NCBI RefSeq assembly: GCF_052425735.1
Contig: NC_135765.1
Coordinates: forward strand, 27,218,001 to 27,282,000
DNA from: Oculina patagonica
Taxonomy: Eukaryota
Direction of reading: 5' to 3'
Length of the DNA stretch: 64,000 nucleotides
This document shows positions 31,093 through 43,634 of this stretch, piece after piece. The translations under genes were made by a program, and so were the position numbers. The notes beneath the pieces were generated by a model. That model did no database searches. It was not told the origin of the DNA and saw only the letters and a program-made list of their open reading frames with translations. How positions within the stretch are numbered: the stretch's first letter is position 1; every line of letters starts with the position of its first letter.

Positions 31093-31710
31093 TTCCCAAC
31101 AAACATTTTTACAAGTGTGCTTTCATATTATTGTTATTATTTGTTTGACGTACTCGCTTCCCTGCAAAGTTGAATACGATCAAACAGATACTTGTTACAT
31201 CGTATTTATCAACAAAAACGCAGTGAAAACGAAAAATATTACAAGATGACACCCAAGTTTGTTGGGTGGCCACGGTAAGGCGCGTCACACTGTGAAACCA
31301 GCAAGCGCTGATGTGGCAGCCTCTCCAGATATAGCCATTAATTATGGATGAACAAGGCACAAAGTTATACGCATGAGCACAAGCTCTATTTGTGAGTGGT
31401 AATTTCCAGGTGATTTCCCTCGTTCAATCGATCAAAATGTTGAACAAAATATTACAATGAATATGTGTACAACCGAAATGTAATTTATTTATTTTAAAAA
31501 TCCAATCTGCAAGTTGGTATTTAAACAGCAATATAGCGACTTTTATCATGGATATTACATTAATTTCGAAGTAATGTTATTAATATTTTATGGAATGTGA
31601 AAATGAACCTAGAAAGACAATTTCTAAAATCACTTTAAAAAAAATGAATCCTGATTGGTATAAAGTTTTCTTTTTAAATGAGATTTCACAGCGCATGGTA
31701 AGAAACTTAT

Positions 31711-32017
31711 CACAGCATGAAAATTGGGATTTACATTAAATTAAAGGTCGTTAAATCTGTTGTAAAGTCGGTTGTCCAACTTACACCATTAATTAAATGT
31801 TGGAAAGGTGGTTAAACCGACCTTTACACTACCGTGTGTAAATGTGATTTAAAGCTAGTGTAAAGAAGTCTCTTTATCTTCCTTTACACTTGAGGCTAAA
31901 GCTGGGATAAAGGTCAGCTTTAAAAAATGTAAAAACGGCCTATAGCTGAATAAATTCCAAATTTACGCCAGCTTTATTTAGGCTTTACACCACGGTAAAG
32001 TTATGTTTTCATGCTGT
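31711..32017. mobile_element. CACAG-terminated MITE, copy 2
   Basis: Inverted copy of 22718-23036; empty site in copy B at ~40495. Confidence 0.75.
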
Positions 32018-32430
32018 CTTAGATGACAAAAGCTTTGGGCCTTTTTTGTATGTCTCTGCTTTTTTATTTGGGTTGTCAGTCAGTTGACAAATGTCAATCA
32101 GTTGAAGTGTGATTCCAAATTCAAGCTGACTTACCTTATAACAAAAGAAAATTTAATAACTATGGTAAATTTTAAGCTTGATGAAAATTAAGAAAATGTT
32201 TATTTTGTTCATTGTCCCACGCTCGTGACAATGGACATTTCATCTTTATCAAAAGAAAACTTATTTACTGAAAGCGTAAAAATCTCCTGTGCTATTGACA
32301 TAACGTTGCTGGCGGTAATGAAAAAATAATTAATAAACTTCAGTAAATGTAAAAATTGCTTTTTTTAATATTAGAAGAAGACAACATAAGCACCCAAGCC
32401 TAAAAGAAAGAGAAAAAGCTCGGACCAGCC

Positions 32431-33330
32431 ATGGAAATTAATTTTACTTGGCCTTCTAATAATTTTGCCGAGAACAACCCTAGTAGAGACCTACCTGTTA
32501 TCTACGGATTTTCTGAAACAGACCTGAATTTCAAGATCGCAAACTCCGTTATCATTGTTATTCTCTCCTTCACGGCACTATTCGGAAACTCAGCGCTTCT
32601 AACAACAATTTGGAAGACATCTTCTTTGCATTTGGTGGCAAATATCTTACTGGCAAGTCTTGCTGTATCAGATCTTGCCGTTGGCTTGATTGCTCAGCCC
32701 TTATTTATAGCCAACATGTTTAGCAGCAGAGAAAATACTGTAAACAAAGTTATAAACATTTTAGGTCCCATTCTGTCTCTTGCATCATTTTTCACCATTA
32801 CAGCAATTGCGGTCGATCGTTTGCTCGCTCTTCAATTGCATTTAAGGTATAAAGCAGTGGTGACACCATTTCGTGTGACATGGGCAGTTATCCTCATTTG
32901 GGTATTCGCGGTCATTTTTGCAAGTACCAAACTTTGGATTGCAAGCCTTTCTCGCACTATCGTATCATTTATGATTATTACCATTCTGGTTGCAAACTTT
33001 GCTGTTTATTTGAAAATCTATCTTATTGTTCGACGCCATCAAAATCAGATTCAACATCAACAACAGCAGGCGAACAACGAAAACTTGTTCAGCGTTAAAA
33101 GATTCAAGAAATCTGCAATAAACACATTTCTTGTGTATATTTTACTCCTGTGCTGTTATGCGCCTTATTCGCTCAGCGCCCAAATGACATTTTCAGGTGT
33201 AGGCGTTTTACAAAATGTCTATATGACGACTTTTACATTAGTTTTTCTGAATTCTTCTTTAAACCCTTTATTATACTGTTGGCGAGATCGAGAGATACGC
33301 ACAGCCATGAAACAACTGTTATGCTGTTGA
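32431..33330 (+). CDS. Intronless class A GPCR, subfamily C copy 1 (299 aa)
   Basis: Intact 7TM ORF with the family motifs. Confidence 0.93.
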   Translation: MEINFTWPSNNFAENNPSRDLPVIYGFSETDLNFKIANSVIIVILSFTALFGNSALLTTIWKTSSLHLVANILLASLAVSDLAVGLIAQPLFIANMFSSRENTVNKVINILGPILSLASFFTITAIAVDRLLALQLHLRYKAVVTPFRVTWAVILIWVFAVIFASTKLWIASLSRTIVSFMIITILVANFAVYLKIYLIVRRHQNQIQHQQQQANNENLFSVKRFKKSAINTFLVYILLLCCYAPYSLSAQMTFSGVGVLQNVYMTTFTLVFLNSSLNPLLYCWRDREIRTAMKQLLCC

Positions 33331-35962
33331 CTTAATGCATTTTTGTGTCCGGAGGAAATCTTCTGCAGGAGTTTTCCTTACAACAATTACGGTACTGTGT
33401 GGAAAAGAGAAATCTAAGCGACATTTTGTCCATGTTCTTCCGAAATTTCGCCGAAATTGTGTCTGAGATGGATACTAACAACTTGCTAAAATGTCAGAAT
33501 TCACGAAGTCACACCGCCCCTTTGCGATATAACAACAGTTAGTAGAAACTCAGCTGTGTTCTATTGGAAATCCGCGAATCCGATTGGTTACAAAGCGAAC
33601 AACTAGAGCACTTCTGTTTCCCAGAACGGAGAAGGGTGGGTACCCTAAGAAAAGAAAAACAAAATTACGCAAAAAGTGAAAGAATAATTAGTGATCGTCA
33701 TATTTTGAATTCAAAGTTTTTGTAGGGGAGTGTGAAGCAACGGTTCCTACCTAGAGCTACGTCAGAGCTACGTCATCAATATTGAATTTTGGGGTCGAAT
33801 CTGAGGCGTTTCACGAACGGTGATAACTTAGCACGTGAAGAGGGCGTCTGTTAACTCGCGTTAAGTAGAGATGTATATATAAAAGTAAGTTATAGTTAAT
33901 AGTTTTAAAAGTAAGTGACTTTTCTCATATATCTGGCCTTCGCAACATGCCGCTAAGAGGTAAACCACTCGTCAAGCTAAAAAAAGGCGCTTGATAAACA
34001 CAAACCATTAATTTATAAAATGCTATTTTGCTACTCACATGTTTCAACGCTGATTGTAAATGAAAAGAGTTAAATTTAAAGTAATTATAAAGGTAAATCC
34101 ATCCGTTTGGAATATCAAAAACCATGGAAAAGTGAAAAATATCGAGTCAAATGAAATAGAACTGCAATTTTTTTAAATAAATTACGTTGCAAGAAAATGA
34201 TAACAAAAATTTGGAGGAAAAAAGGAAAAATATATGGTCAAAAGGTTCAAATTAGAAATATACAGTGGAAAAAGGACAAAAAAGGAACAAGTTCGAAATA
34301 GAAGTCGTTTATTTTTATATAGTTTGCTCAAAGAAATGTTTTTGCATGTTATGTCCTTTATAAAAGAATGTATTTTTGGACGATACGAGACATAGTTGTA
34401 GAAGAATTGTTTTGGTTTTAATTGTAAGAAAAAAAACGTAAACCGAAATGAAGGCTTTTGAAAAGAGTATATTTGTAATGGTATTGTTGTAAATATTAAT
34501 TGTTAAAAATTGTTCAAGATTAAGAGGTGTAACTGAATTTTCACCAAATAAAAGCCCGACATTTGTTGCACATTACGTCTTGGCTGGGTAATTCAAGTAT
34601 ACAGTCCGCCCAAGCAACAAATTCGCAGAAAAAGGTCAATTCTGAATGTTTCTGATTGATATAATGGAATTTAAGCAAACCGCAACAACGACGAAGCCAT
34701 TTTGGAGCCCCTCCTGGGGGGGGGGGGGGGGAATATTCCTTTGTTTCCCCCAAAATTTTACCTGCTGTTCCCTCAAAGTATTTTGTCGAGTTTTGTGATC
34801 CGTGTTTCCTTAAATATCAGAAACACATCTTTTGTTTCCGTGTTCCCAGCTTTATTTTCCTTTTCTTCCCTTGTTCGTATTTTGTTTGATGTTGTAATTC
34901 ATGCAGTGAGGAGACTCACCAATGACTTAAAATAACGACAATTTACAAAATAAACCCTCCCCACCTAACTCTTCGCAAGTCGTTTGTCAGTGTCGTATTG
35001 ATTACCGAGGGAAGCGCGGGCGCGAGACCGGGGTTGTATCCCCTCTGCTTCCCCGAGTCGACCCATTCTACCTAAAAATCCTTCCAAGAATAATCCCTTT
35101 CAAATATATAAGACAATCATGGGCGATTCATTAGATTTAGCTCTTGAAGAAAGACCATACGACTTCCAATTATAAGCCTCTTTATTATTGGGAAACTTGT
35201 TTTATTTTTGACATGTATGTCATTAAAATATACCTTGCCTTGCGATGTTGATAACAAACTGTAGTTTTATATCGTTATGACAAGAGAGTTATACCACATG
35301 GGTGATCTTGTATGTACTTTATTTTTTCATACGCAATAGCCTTCCAAATAAACAAATACTTTGGAAACGAAAAATCGATTTTCGATGATTTTTAATTCAT
35401 CAATCGGTATAACAGTGTTTTTTGTTTCTTCAACGTGCAACCCTAAACGAATCCTTGACAACTAAAAACAGGGCACGAAGTTCTCGGTGTTGTGGTATGG
35501 GGTGCTTTCCATTAAGCCAAATATTTCGGAAATTTTGGTCGGAAGTCAAATGGAAAGTTGCATTTCGGTTCGGTCTGACCAGAATATTCAGGACCACCTC
35601 TGAAGGTCATCTACTTTGACCGTTCGAACCGAAATATGCAGTTCCATTTTGAGAAACTGTTCAGTTGTCTTACTTCAGTACAGTAACTTCTCACACTACA
35701 CAGAATGCGGGAAACTGGTTTACAAAGGAATGCAAAACCATTCCACTCGGTTGGCCAGATTCAGTAAGCGGAAAATTTTGTTCCATTTTACAAAGATCAG
35801 TTCCTGTTGGGAATGCTCGGAGAGGACAAATAAAGTATTCATTTCAGTTCAGTTCAAAACTGTTTAATGAATGTTTACTTCATACAGCCATGACTGTAAA
35901 TTCATTGCGCCAAACGCGTAAGGGAGCAAGAAAACAGAAAAAACCGATCAAAAGAATACTTG

Positions 35963-36847
35963 CTAAACGGCAGTGCGGATCTCTCTATCTCGCCAACAGT
36001 ACAACAAAGGATTCAGAGAAGAATTAAGAAAGATCAATGTCGTTGTAGTGTAATAAACACCTGGCCAAAGCCTTATACCTACAAGAAACATTTTGAAAAC
36101 GATAGAATAAGGCAAGTAACAAAAGAGAAGTAAAATGAACACGATAAATGTGTTGAAAACAGTTTTCTTGAGTCTTAATACCCTGCGAATTACACTCTCT
36201 TCTTGTTGTTGATGGTGATGAGGATGATGATGAATTTGTCTTTGATGGCGTCTTACAATGAGGTAGATTTTCAAATAAACACCAAAGTTTCCAGCTAGTA
36301 GGCAGAGAAATACGAATGATGGAACCGTGTCACATAATGTCGAGTACCATAAACATGAACTTGTAAAAATACCAGTGAAAACCCAAATCGACACAACGAC
36401 CCAAGTGGCACGAAACGGTGTCACAACTGCACGGTATCTCAGATGTAACTGAAGAGCAAGCAAGCGATCGACTGCAATTGCTGTTATTATGATGAATGAA
36501 ACGATGGTCAAAAGAGTACCCAAAATGTCACCAAGCTGGAAAAGAGTATGTTCTCCACTCAGCATGTTTCCTATAAACATGGGCTGAACAAGCAAGCCGA
36601 CAGCAAAGTCTGATACAGCAAGACTTGCTAGCAAGATGTTTGTCGCCGAATGCAATGAAGGCGTCTTCCAAATTGTTATTAGAAGCGCTGAATTTCCAAA
36701 CAGTGCCGTGAAGCAGATAATAGCATGGATTACGCAGATTGCTATCATGTAATTTAGTACCAGTTCAGAATAGTCGAGCTTAGAAAGGTGTTCACCTGAT
36801 ATGTTCTTGTCAGAATTATTGACAAACCAAGAACTATTATCTTCCAT
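35963..36847 (-). CDS. Intronless class A GPCR, subfamily A copy 2 (294 aa)
   Basis: Intact 7TM. The TAG after RTAV trims about 5 C-terminal residues. Confidence 0.92.
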   Translation of the reverse strand: MEDNSSWFVNNSDKNISGEHLSKLDYSELVLNYMIAICVIHAIICFTALFGNSALLITIWKTPSLHSATNILLASLAVSDFAVGLLVQPMFIGNMLSGEHTLFQLGDILGTLLTIVSFIIITAIAVDRLLALQLHLRYRAVVTPFRATWVVVSIWVFTGIFTSSCLWYSTLCDTVPSFVFLCLLAGNFGVYLKIYLIVRRHQRQIHHHPHHHQQQEESVIRRVLRLKKTVFNTFIVFILLLFCYLPYSIVFKMFLVGIRLWPGVYYTTTTLIFLNSSLNPLLYCWRDREIRTAV

Positions 36848-37608
36848 GGCTTATCCAAGCGTTTATTCAGAGTTCTTAAAAATCTTAGCTGCTTTGGTTG
36901 CCGTCTTCTTGCATTGCTGGATTAAAAAAAACACAATTGGAATAGAGTATTGACCTTGAAGGAAGTTTATTATGTTTAATTTCATTACTGACCACAGAGT
37001 AATTGTCAGCAGCAATGGAAATCTTAAATAGGATTCTTCAAACACGCCTGTCCTTTTCTCTTGCCAATTGTCATGTCGTTATTATTGTTGGTAGATCCAG
37101 AGAAAATGGAACAACATTTGAAAACCTTTTTAATTAAAATATTGCAGGGAAAACGTAATTTTAATATACATGTTGAAATGCTTAAAAAAGAAATCTAATT
37201 AATTTGGAAATACATGTATGTATAATTGCATTTCACGGTAATTTTGCCCTGAATGGAAAATTAAACAAAGGAAAAACGTCTATGAAAATTACAAGTTGAG
37301 AAAAAACACAAAGTGTACAAACAAAGTCCTTTTATCAGTTGCTTCATATAAATTTTAGGAATAAATATAAATGTTTTGTGTAATTCAGAAAGAGGATTTT
37401 CATTACAAGGCTAGATGAGGACAGGTGGTTATATAGAATCCCTTTTCAACATTCCCTCTGCTCTTGAAATGACTTTGGTGAGAGCCAAATAAATGATTTA
37501 TAAACTTCAGTCAGGGTTTTCATTGTATTCCAAGCTATTTGTTTTCCACAAATCAAGGCGACAACCAAAGCCGTTCTTGCTTTGAATGAAAGAAAACTCG
37601 AAAAAGCT

Positions 37609-38505
37609 ATGGAAAGTAATTTTTCTTGGCCTTCTAATGATTCTGATAAAAACAACGTTTTGCGATTGAACAACTACTTTAAAGAAGAGATTAGTTTCTG
37701 GATCGCACTGGTTGTAATCAATGCTATTATCTGCCTCACTGCGTTATTCGGAAACTCTGTGATTCTACTAACCATTTGGAAGACATCTTCTCTGCATTCA
37801 GTAGCTAATATCCTCCTGGCAAGTCTTGCCGTATCAGACCTTGCTGTTGGATTGATCGGCCAGCCCATGTATATTGGAGGCATTGTAAGCAGGAAGCATA
37901 CATTTTTCTTAATATTTAACATTATGGGTACATTCTTTAGCATGGCGTCTTTCCTCAACATAACAGCAATAGGTATCGATCGTTTGCTTGCTCTTGAATT
38001 ACATTTGCGATATCATGCAATAGTGACACCGTTTCGAGCGACCGCGCTCGTTGTATTTATTTGGGTCATTTCTGGTATTTTTGCCAGCGTCCGCAGCTGG
38101 CATTTAATGGTATTTTACAGTGCCCCAACAGCAACCTTTATCAGCCTTCTTCTTGTAAACTTTGTTGTTTATTTAAAAATCTATCTTATTGTTCGACGCC
38201 ATCAGAGACAGATTCAACAACAAAATAATCAACAACAACAAGAGAATAACATTTTCAGAGTAAAAAGATTCAAGAGAACTGCTTTAAACACATTTCTTGT
38301 ATACAATTTACTTCTCTGTTGCTACATACCTTATTCCTTTGTTATCAGCGTTATGGTCATTGCAGGTGTAAACTTTTCACCAGGTTTTTATGTCACAACA
38401 TCTACATTAGTTTTCCTTAATTCCTCTTTAAACCCTTTATTGTACTGTTGGCGAGATCGTGAGATTCGCACAGCCGTAAAGCAACTGTTTCGACGTTGTT
38501 TTTAA
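37609..38505 (+). CDS. Intronless class A GPCR, subfamily B copy 2
   Basis: Intact 7TM with ATG at 37609. Confidence 0.93.
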   Translation: MESNFSWPSNDSDKNNVLRLNNYFKEEISFWIALVVINAIICLTALFGNSVILLTIWKTSSLHSVANILLASLAVSDLAVGLIGQPMYIGGIVSRKHTFFLIFNIMGTFFSMASFLNITAIGIDRLLALELHLRYHAIVTPFRATALVVFIWVISGIFASVRSWHLMVFYSAPTATFISLLLVNFVVYLKIYLIVRRHQRQIQQQNNQQQQENNIFRVKRFKRTALNTFLVYNLLLCCYIPYSFVISVMVIAGVNFSPGFYVTTSTLVFLNSSLNPLLYCWRDREIRTAVKQLFRRCF

Positions 38506-38807
38506 CGTTTTTTTTTTTTCACGAAATATTGACTATGATTTTTAAAACTTGTGGAATAATATATTAGGCTTTATCCAAACTCAACCTTTACCGATGAAAT
38601 TAGTTTCTCAGAAAGAAGTAAAGGTTTTTACTCCCCGACGTCTTTAGCACTCTTGATCGCTAACGCTACGTCTTGAAAGCCTAAGTGTTGCATAGAATGC
38701 ATGACGTTGAGTGCTTCATAATGTGCAACGATGTTTTTTGAAGATTTTCATGCGGTTTTTCCCCTTTTGTCTACCTGCACCAATGTTTGGCAAAGTAAAC
38801 AGCTAAA

Positions 38808-39309
38808 GGGCCTGTTTATGTGGAGTAGAGTTGTCCCTGGTAGGAGGGTTACCCTCTCCCCCGTGCTATCTTTTACCGAGCGTTTATATGAGAAGGTTGT
38901 CCCTGTTGACCGAGCCAAAACTTGGCCCTCCCGGTTCAAAAGACTGGCGAGAGTTATTTTGAAATATCTATTATGGCGGGCTTTTCTAAAATCAGGAACG
39001 CTGAAACATCCCGGAAGACCACTTTTGACAAATTTACCGCCGACTTCGATGTTGTTTTGGCCGATTCCAGCATTTGCGCATGCTCCGTATCTGTCAACTT
39101 GTCCCTGGTAGGCGAGGCAAAAATTACCAAACTGTTTATATGGAAAAAAGTTGGCTCGCTCCCAAGGGTCACCCTATCTTCAAAGCGAGTGACCCTCAGT
39201 GACCCAGCTTTTTATAAAGAAACGAATGAAAAGCTCTTTCGCCCGGGGTGGCTCGGTATGGAGGTTAACCCTCCTACCAGGGACAACTCTTCTCCAAATA
39301 AACAGGCCC
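38808..39309. mobile_element. PIF/Harbinger-type MITE
   Basis: TIRs of ~50 bp, GGGCCTGTTTA...TAAACAGGCCC. Inserted at a TAA that is empty in copy A (~30511). Confidence 0.8.
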
Positions 39310-39652
39310 TAAGGTGGCTGGAAGAAAAATGCATATAAAGTTACCATCAAGCACGAATTCTTGTTATTTACATGAGGAAAAAACTTTTTCTTATCAGACG
39401 TTTTAATATATTCGTGTCTTTTACTTTTTACTGGTTCTTTAATGTTCTGGACATACACGCCGTAACATTTCTCTAAAATAGTTTCTTGTCTTTTAAATTT
39501 ATTATATTAGTGTTTACGAGCAACGTTTGGTTAATGGCGTGACTGCTCTAGTTTTGGAAAAGAACTGATATGTTAAATCACTTTGTGACGGGAAAACGAG
39601 ATGGCATCTTTAAGGTGCACAAGACAGTGCACGCATCAAAGTGATATGGACA

Positions 39653-39857
39653 GGGGAGCAGGGCTGGCGTATTTGTGAGAGTGCTCGCCTCACACTTATG
39701 TGGCTCAGGTGCGATTCTGGCCCGGTATCATATCTGAGTTGAGTTTGTTGCTAGTTGTCGCCTTGCTCCGAGGGCAATTCTCCGGGTTCTCTGGTTTTCC
39801 TCCCTCCTGAAGAACCAATGTTTCCAAATTCCAATTCTACCAAGATAGAGGACTCGC
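39653..39857 (+). mobile_element. tRNA-derived SINE (duplicate copy)
   Basis: Homologous to 30888-31092. Confidence 0.7.
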
Positions 39858-39861
39858 ATTA

Positions 39862-40082
39862 CAGTGCGACGCGCCTTACCGTGGCCACCCAACAAACATT
39901 TTTACAAGTGTGCTTTCATATTATTATTATTTGTTTGACGTACTCGCTTCCCTGCAAAATTGAATACGATCAAACAGATACTTGTTACATCGTATTTATC
40001 AACAAAAACGCAGTGAAAACGAAAAATATTACAAGATGACACCCAAGTTTGTTGGGTGGCCACGGTAAGGCGCGTCACACTG
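39862..40082. mobile_element. Tc1/mariner-type MITE
   Basis: TIRs of ~36 bp (CAGTGCGACGCGCCTTACCGTGGCCACCCAACAAAC) with TA on the left. The copy A version (~31095-31292) has lost its left end. Confidence 0.75.
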
Positions 40083-40912
40083 TGAAACCAGCAAGCGCTG
40101 ATATGGCATCCTCTCCAGATATAGCCATTAATTATGGATGAACAAGGCACAAAGTTATACGCATGAGCACAAGTTCTATTTGTGAGTGGTAATTTCCAGG
40201 TGATGTCCCTCATTCAATCGATCAAAATGTTGAACAAAATATTACAATGAATATGTGTACAACCGAAATGTAATTTATTTATTTTAAAAATCCAATCCAA
40301 GTTGGTATTTAAACAGCAATATAGCGACTTTTATCATGGATATTACATTAATTTCGAAGTAATGTTATTAATATTTTATGGAATGTGAAATGAACCTAGA
40401 AAGACAATTTTTAAAATCACTTTTTTTAAAAAAAAAATGAATCCTGATTGGTATTAAGTTTTCCTTTTAAATGAGATTTAACAAGGTAAGGAACTTAGAT
40501 GACAAAGGCTTTAACCCTTTTTTGCATTTCTCTGTTTTTTTGATGTGGTTTGTCAGTCAGTTGACAAATGTCAATAGGTTGATGTGTGATTCCAAATTCA
40601 AGCTGAGTTACCTTATAACAAAAGAAAACTTAATAAATATGGTAAATTGTAAGCTCGATGCAAAATAAGAAAAAGTTCATTCTGTTTATCATTGTCCCAC
40701 GCTTGTGACAATGGACATTTCATCTTTATCAAAAGAAAAGTTATTTACTGAAAGTGTGAAGATCTCCTGTGCTATTGACAAAACGTTGCTGGAGATAATG
40801 GAAGAAAAATTAATTTAACTTCAGTGGATGCAAGAATTGCTTTTTTTGAACAGTACAAGAAGACAACAAAAGCGCTCAAACCTCAAAGAAAGAGAGAAAG
40901 CTTGGAACGGCC

Positions 40913-41821
40913 ATGGAAATTAATTTAACCTTGCCTTCCAATAATCTTGCCAATAACAACCCAAGTAGAGACCTCTTTGGTATCCACAGATTTTCTGAAC
41001 AAGACCTGAATTTCAAGATCGTAAACACCGTACTCAATGTTATTATCTTCCTCATGACGCTATTTGGAAACTCTCTGATTTTAATAACAATTTGGAAGAC
41101 ATCCTCTTTGCATTCGGTGGCGAACATCTTACTGGCAAGTCTTGCTGTATCTGATCTTGCCATTGGCTTGGTTGTCCAGCCCTTGTTAATAGCAAACATG
41201 TTTAGCGAGGTGTATATTTTTGGCTTAGCTATGGACATTTTATGTCCCATCCTATCTCTGACGTCTTTTTTCACCATTTCAGCAATTGCGGTAGATCGCT
41301 TGCTTGCTCTTCAGTTACATTTAAGGTATAAAGCAGTGGTGACACCATTGCGTGTGACATGGGCAGTTATTCTCATTTGGGTATCCGCTGCCATTTTTGC
41401 AAGTACCAAACATTGGATTGCAAGCCTATCTAACGCTGTCATATCCTCTGTGGTTATTACCATTCTTGTTGGAAATTTTGTTGTTTATTTGAAAATCTAT
41501 CTTATTGTTCGACGCCATCAAAGACAAATCGAACACCATCATCATCAACAACAACTGGTGGCGATCAACGCGAACATGTTCAGCGTTAAAAGATTCAAGA
41601 AATCTGCAATGAACACATTTCTTGTGTATATTTTTCTTCTGTGTTGTTACGCTCCTTATTCTCTCAGCGCCCAAATGATACTTGCAGGTGTAGTTATTTC
41701 ACCAAAGGTCTATTTGACGACTTTTACTTTAGTTTGTCTCAATTCTTCTCTAAACCCTTTACTGTACTGTTGGCGAGATCGAGAGATACGCACAGCCATG
41801 AAGCAACGGTTATGCTGTTGA
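40913..41821 (+). CDS. Intronless class A GPCR, subfamily C copy 2 (302 aa)
   Basis: Intact 7TM ORF. Confidence 0.93.
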   Translation: MEINLTLPSNNLANNNPSRDLFGIHRFSEQDLNFKIVNTVLNVIIFLMTLFGNSLILITIWKTSSLHSVANILLASLAVSDLAIGLVVQPLLIANMFSEVYIFGLAMDILCPILSLTSFFTISAIAVDRLLALQLHLRYKAVVTPLRVTWAVILIWVSAAIFASTKHWIASLSNAVISSVVITILVGNFVVYLKIYLIVRRHQRQIEHHHHQQQLVAINANMFSVKRFKKSAMNTFLVYIFLLCCYAPYSLSAQMILAGVVISPKVYLTTFTLVCLNSSLNPLLYCWRDREIRTAMKQRLCC

Positions 41822-43634
41822 CTTTTCCTTACAGCAATTACGGTAATGTGTGGAAAAGTAATTATAACCCAAGCGACATTTTGTCCATGTTCTTCCGAAA
41901 TTTCACCGAAATTGTAGCTAATTGTGTCTGAGATGGATACTAACAACTTGCTAAAATGTTAAAATTCACGAAGTCACACCGCCCCTTTGCGATATAGTAA
42001 TCAAATGGAGACGTAAAATAACAGATAATAACCGTTATACACACCAAAGAGAGATGAAAAAACCACAATGGAAAGTAGATGGTCACAATTGGGGAAGCCT
42101 AACAGGCCAAAAAGTTACACGTGTGTTTGATAAAGGTGCGATCGATAAAGGCTCTTTTCACTCAAGCATGCGCAGAAAATAATCCAAAGCCGCTCCCTAA
42201 TCAGTACTCCATTCTTTTGAAAAATACTGAACTTAATTAACACTCTCTTACTTTTGTACTGTAGTTTCTTTTATTATTTTAGCCTCACTTTATTTTGCAT
42301 TAATTTTAGATTCATTATTTTTTCATTTTTATCCATCGTGACTGTAGTCCGACAGCTGAAAGGTAGATTCTTTATAACTTTTTAGCAAGAGAACTTTTTT
42401 CATACATTTATTAAGGTATTGTTTTCTTTCAGCTGTTTTAAATAGTTCGAACAGTCAGTTCATAGAAGGAAGTCATACGAATGTACATCATATATTACTA
42501 TACTCGTAAACAAAAGCGTAATTTGTTTTTACAATGACAAAGTGAGTTAGAAACTTGCTATTTTTGTCTTAGCTTGCTCGATGTAGACTAAAAAAGAAAG
42601 AACAAAGTCGAGGATTTCCAATAGAACACGGCTGAGCTTTTGCTAAAAAGCGGTTAGTTGGCCATTCCCCTTTGGTAAAAGTGATATAGGTCTTCACTCT
42701 CTTTTTAATGGTATTGGGAAGATACGTCGTGTGACAGCTAGTTACCGTATCATTGACGTGTTGGCTCAGAGAAGCCTTTGATTAAAGCCTTTAAATTAGC
42801 CTTAATTGTTTTCAAAGACTTCCTTTTTTACAAGCATACACAACTTATAATATATAGAAGGTGTACAGCAATGTTTTTATCTTGGAACATTATATTTAGT
42901 GGGTTTAATGGCCTTCAAGGTTTCAGGTAATTTTTGAAGTCGATTTTACTATATTGATTCAAGCATTACACGTGAACGATACTGATGTAAAATAGTGAAC
43001 TTGAACTTTTGTCATTACATTAGGGTTCAATTTTTAATTTGTGAGCTGGCGCAAATAGGTTTGACATTTTGTCACTAAACGAGGTTTGCAGTGTTGTGCA
43101 TAATCACACAATTACTTGTGATAGCAGATGATCATACAATCCAAGTTATAGACGAAGTGGTCTCTCAGACAATGACAAAAAAAAAGACCAAAAGAGAACG
43201 CGAGAACAATAGAATATTTTTAATTAAAATCATGCAGGAAAAATTAGTTTAATAACTACATGTCGAAATGTTAAAAAATAAATCCAATTAATTCGGAAAG
43301 TAAGTGTGTACGTTGAATTGCAAATTAACAAAAACAAAATAAACAAACAAAGTCCTTTTATCGGTTGCTTCATATAAATCTAAGGAATGAATAGAAATCT
43401 TTTGTCTAATTTAGTAAAAGGATTTTCATTAAAAGGTAAAAATAAAGACAGGTGTTTATATAGAATCTCTTTTAGCATTTCCTCTGCTATTGAAATGACT
43501 TTGTTGAGAGTCAAATAATTGATTTATCAACTTCAGTCAGGGTAAACATTTTATTCCAAGGTATTTATTTCCAACAAATCAAAAACACAACCGAAGCAGT
43601 CGTGGCTTTGAATGAAAAAACAGTAAAATCAGCT

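Larger units (their letters stand above)
23676..33531 (+). repeat. Tandem segmental duplication, copy A (TNFR 3' flank + three GPCRs)
   Basis: Colinear with 33588-41996 from TTACAAAGCGAACAACTAGAGCACT to GCCCCTTTGCGATATA. Confidence 0.9.
33588..41996 (+). repeat. Tandem segmental duplication, copy B
   Basis: Colinear with 23676-33531; differs by several TE insertions. Confidence 0.9.
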
